Shown here: positions 62,844 through 64,000 of the stretch, piece after piece
Layout: each line of letters opens with the position of its first letter
Position numbering within the stretch: the stretch's first letter is position 1
Assembly: GCF_006345805.1 (NCBI RefSeq)
Contig: NC_042999.1
Span: 64,232,001 to 64,296,000 of the forward strand
Source of the DNA: Octopus sinensis
Lineage: Eukaryota
Length of the DNA stretch: 64,000 nucleotides
Reading direction: 5' to 3'
Made by a program: the position numbers and the translations under genes
The notes under the pieces: generated by a model
The model's input: the letters and a program-made list of their open reading frames with translations, nothing else
Databases searched by the model: none
Told to the model about the DNA's origin: nothing

Positions 62844-63039
62844 GCTTATCATCGGCCATTCTAAATTTCCATTGACCGATGATAAGCATCATCTTGTGTT
62901 TTGAAACTTTAAGTACCATCGAATTTGTATCAAACTGTGTTGATCCATACATGTAGCTCCCAATAAATGTGTTGAGTGCCCTTCTTTCATTTGTCTACTC
63001 ACTCACACATATATATATATATATATATCTATCATCATC

Positions 63040-63210
63040 ATCATCATCATCATCGTTTAACGTCCGTTCTCCATGCTAGCATGGGTTGGACGGTTCGACC
63101 GGGGATCTGGGAAGCCAGAAGGCTGCACCAGGCTCCGGTCTTATCTGGCAATGTTTCTACAGCTGGATGCCCTTCCTAACGCCAACCACTCCATGAGTGT
63201 AGTGGGTGCT
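63040..63210 (-). mobile_element. RTE 3' UTR fragment (young)
   Basis: Near-identical to the reverse complement of 52000-52168. Confidence 0.85.
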
Positions 63211-63290
63211 ATATATATATATATATATGAAATATATGTATGTGTGTGTTTCGATATATATGTTTATATATTCTGTGACAGATAGCTCAC

Positions 63291-63390
63291 CTTTTCAGCA
63301 GGTGGTTCCAGTTCTTCTGCAGGCAGTGGTGGTGGTTCAAGGTAGCAACTGGTTGGTTGTCTCATCACATGAGTGTGATAGCATAATAAC
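63291..63390 (-). CDS. MED12: MED12 internal exon (100 nt, phase 2 to 0; LLCYHTHVMRQPTSCYLEPPPLPAEELEPPAEK)
   Basis: CTCCCTCAG acceptor and AAG/GTGAGC donor. Matches, from recall, the human MED12 motif [29 protein letters not shown]. Confidence 0.9.
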
Positions 63391-63587
63391 CTGAGGGAGA
63401 TAAAATTGAAATAATATCAATACACATATAAGCAAAACAATCATTTTTTTTTTACTCACCTCCAGCCTAAACAATAACAATACTTTAATATCCTCTTTGA
63501 TGAAAGCCAAAGCACAAAACATTAGATTATATTTTTTTTCCAGCATCTGAATTTTTTCAACTCTTATTGACAGAAGCCATCACCAGT

Positions 63588-63626
<39 letters not shown>

Positions 63627-63689
63627 GCTGAAAGAGCATCCAGTTGTAAAAATCATGGCAAAACTAATCTCACCAGAGCTAGTGGCAGA

Positions 63690-63845
63690 TAAAAAGCAAT
63701 GAGTCCACTTTGCAGAGAAGTTGGTGTTAAGAAGGGCATCCAGCCATAAAAACCCTGCCAAAATGGACACGATAACCTAGCTAGTTCTTGTCAACCATTC
63801 TACTTATGCATGTATGGAAGACAGGCGTTAAATGATGATGATGAA
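63690..63845 (+). mobile_element. Diverged RTE 3' UTR fragment
   Basis: GTTGGTGTTAAGAAGGGCATCCAGC..GTTAAATGATGATGATG. Confidence 0.6.
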
Positions 63846-64000
63846 TGTATGTATGTATGTGTATAGCATAAAAGACACTACATTTGTTTATAATCCTAAT
63901 TTAACTTCTTGCATAAATTAATTAAAATAAGCGCCTAAGATAGACAGGCAAAGGAGTTAAGGGATGGATGAATGGTTAGAGAGACAGACAGACAGACAGA

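Noticed and set aside
62842-62889. 14-bp-stem hairpin ATGCTTATCATCGG / CCGATGATAAGCAT
   Set aside because: Real but too small to assign. It is not in a miRNA-like or hammerhead context.

Overview
Eukaryotic, AT-rich, repeat-dense genomic DNA. The (TA)n/(CA)n load and the tRNA-derived SINE types suggest an octopod cephalopod (inference). Two host genes converge tail-to-tail. On the + strand is the last coding exon of a trypsin-family (S1) serine protease (3923-4376). On the - strand are six 3' coding exons of MED12/MED12L (63390 down to 44857), with phase-consistent GT-AG junctions and a polyQ tail. The ~40 kb between the genes and the MED12 introns are filled with transposons: CR1 and RTE LINEs, Penelope-like elements (PLEs), a Gypsy remnant, Tc1/mariner, Merlin, hAT, a Helitron, several SINE families, fold-back palindromes and tandem arrays. 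Main points of interest: (1) four type-I hammerhead ribozyme folds in four dissimilar sequence contexts, two tied directly to PLE coding sequence, all with palindromic stem III, including a C3-G8 to U3-A8 compensatory variant; (2) a near full-length RTE LINE, antisense in the last MED12 coding intron, with a PHD finger inside its RT region and a 5' higher-order tandem array carrying one YY1 motif per unit; (3) a Merlin transposon with a perfect 9-bp TSD plus related MITEs; (4) an intronic hairpin with an A:C mismatch in a UAG context. SINE and remnant boundaries are approximate (+/-10-20 bp). No database searches or folding programs were run.
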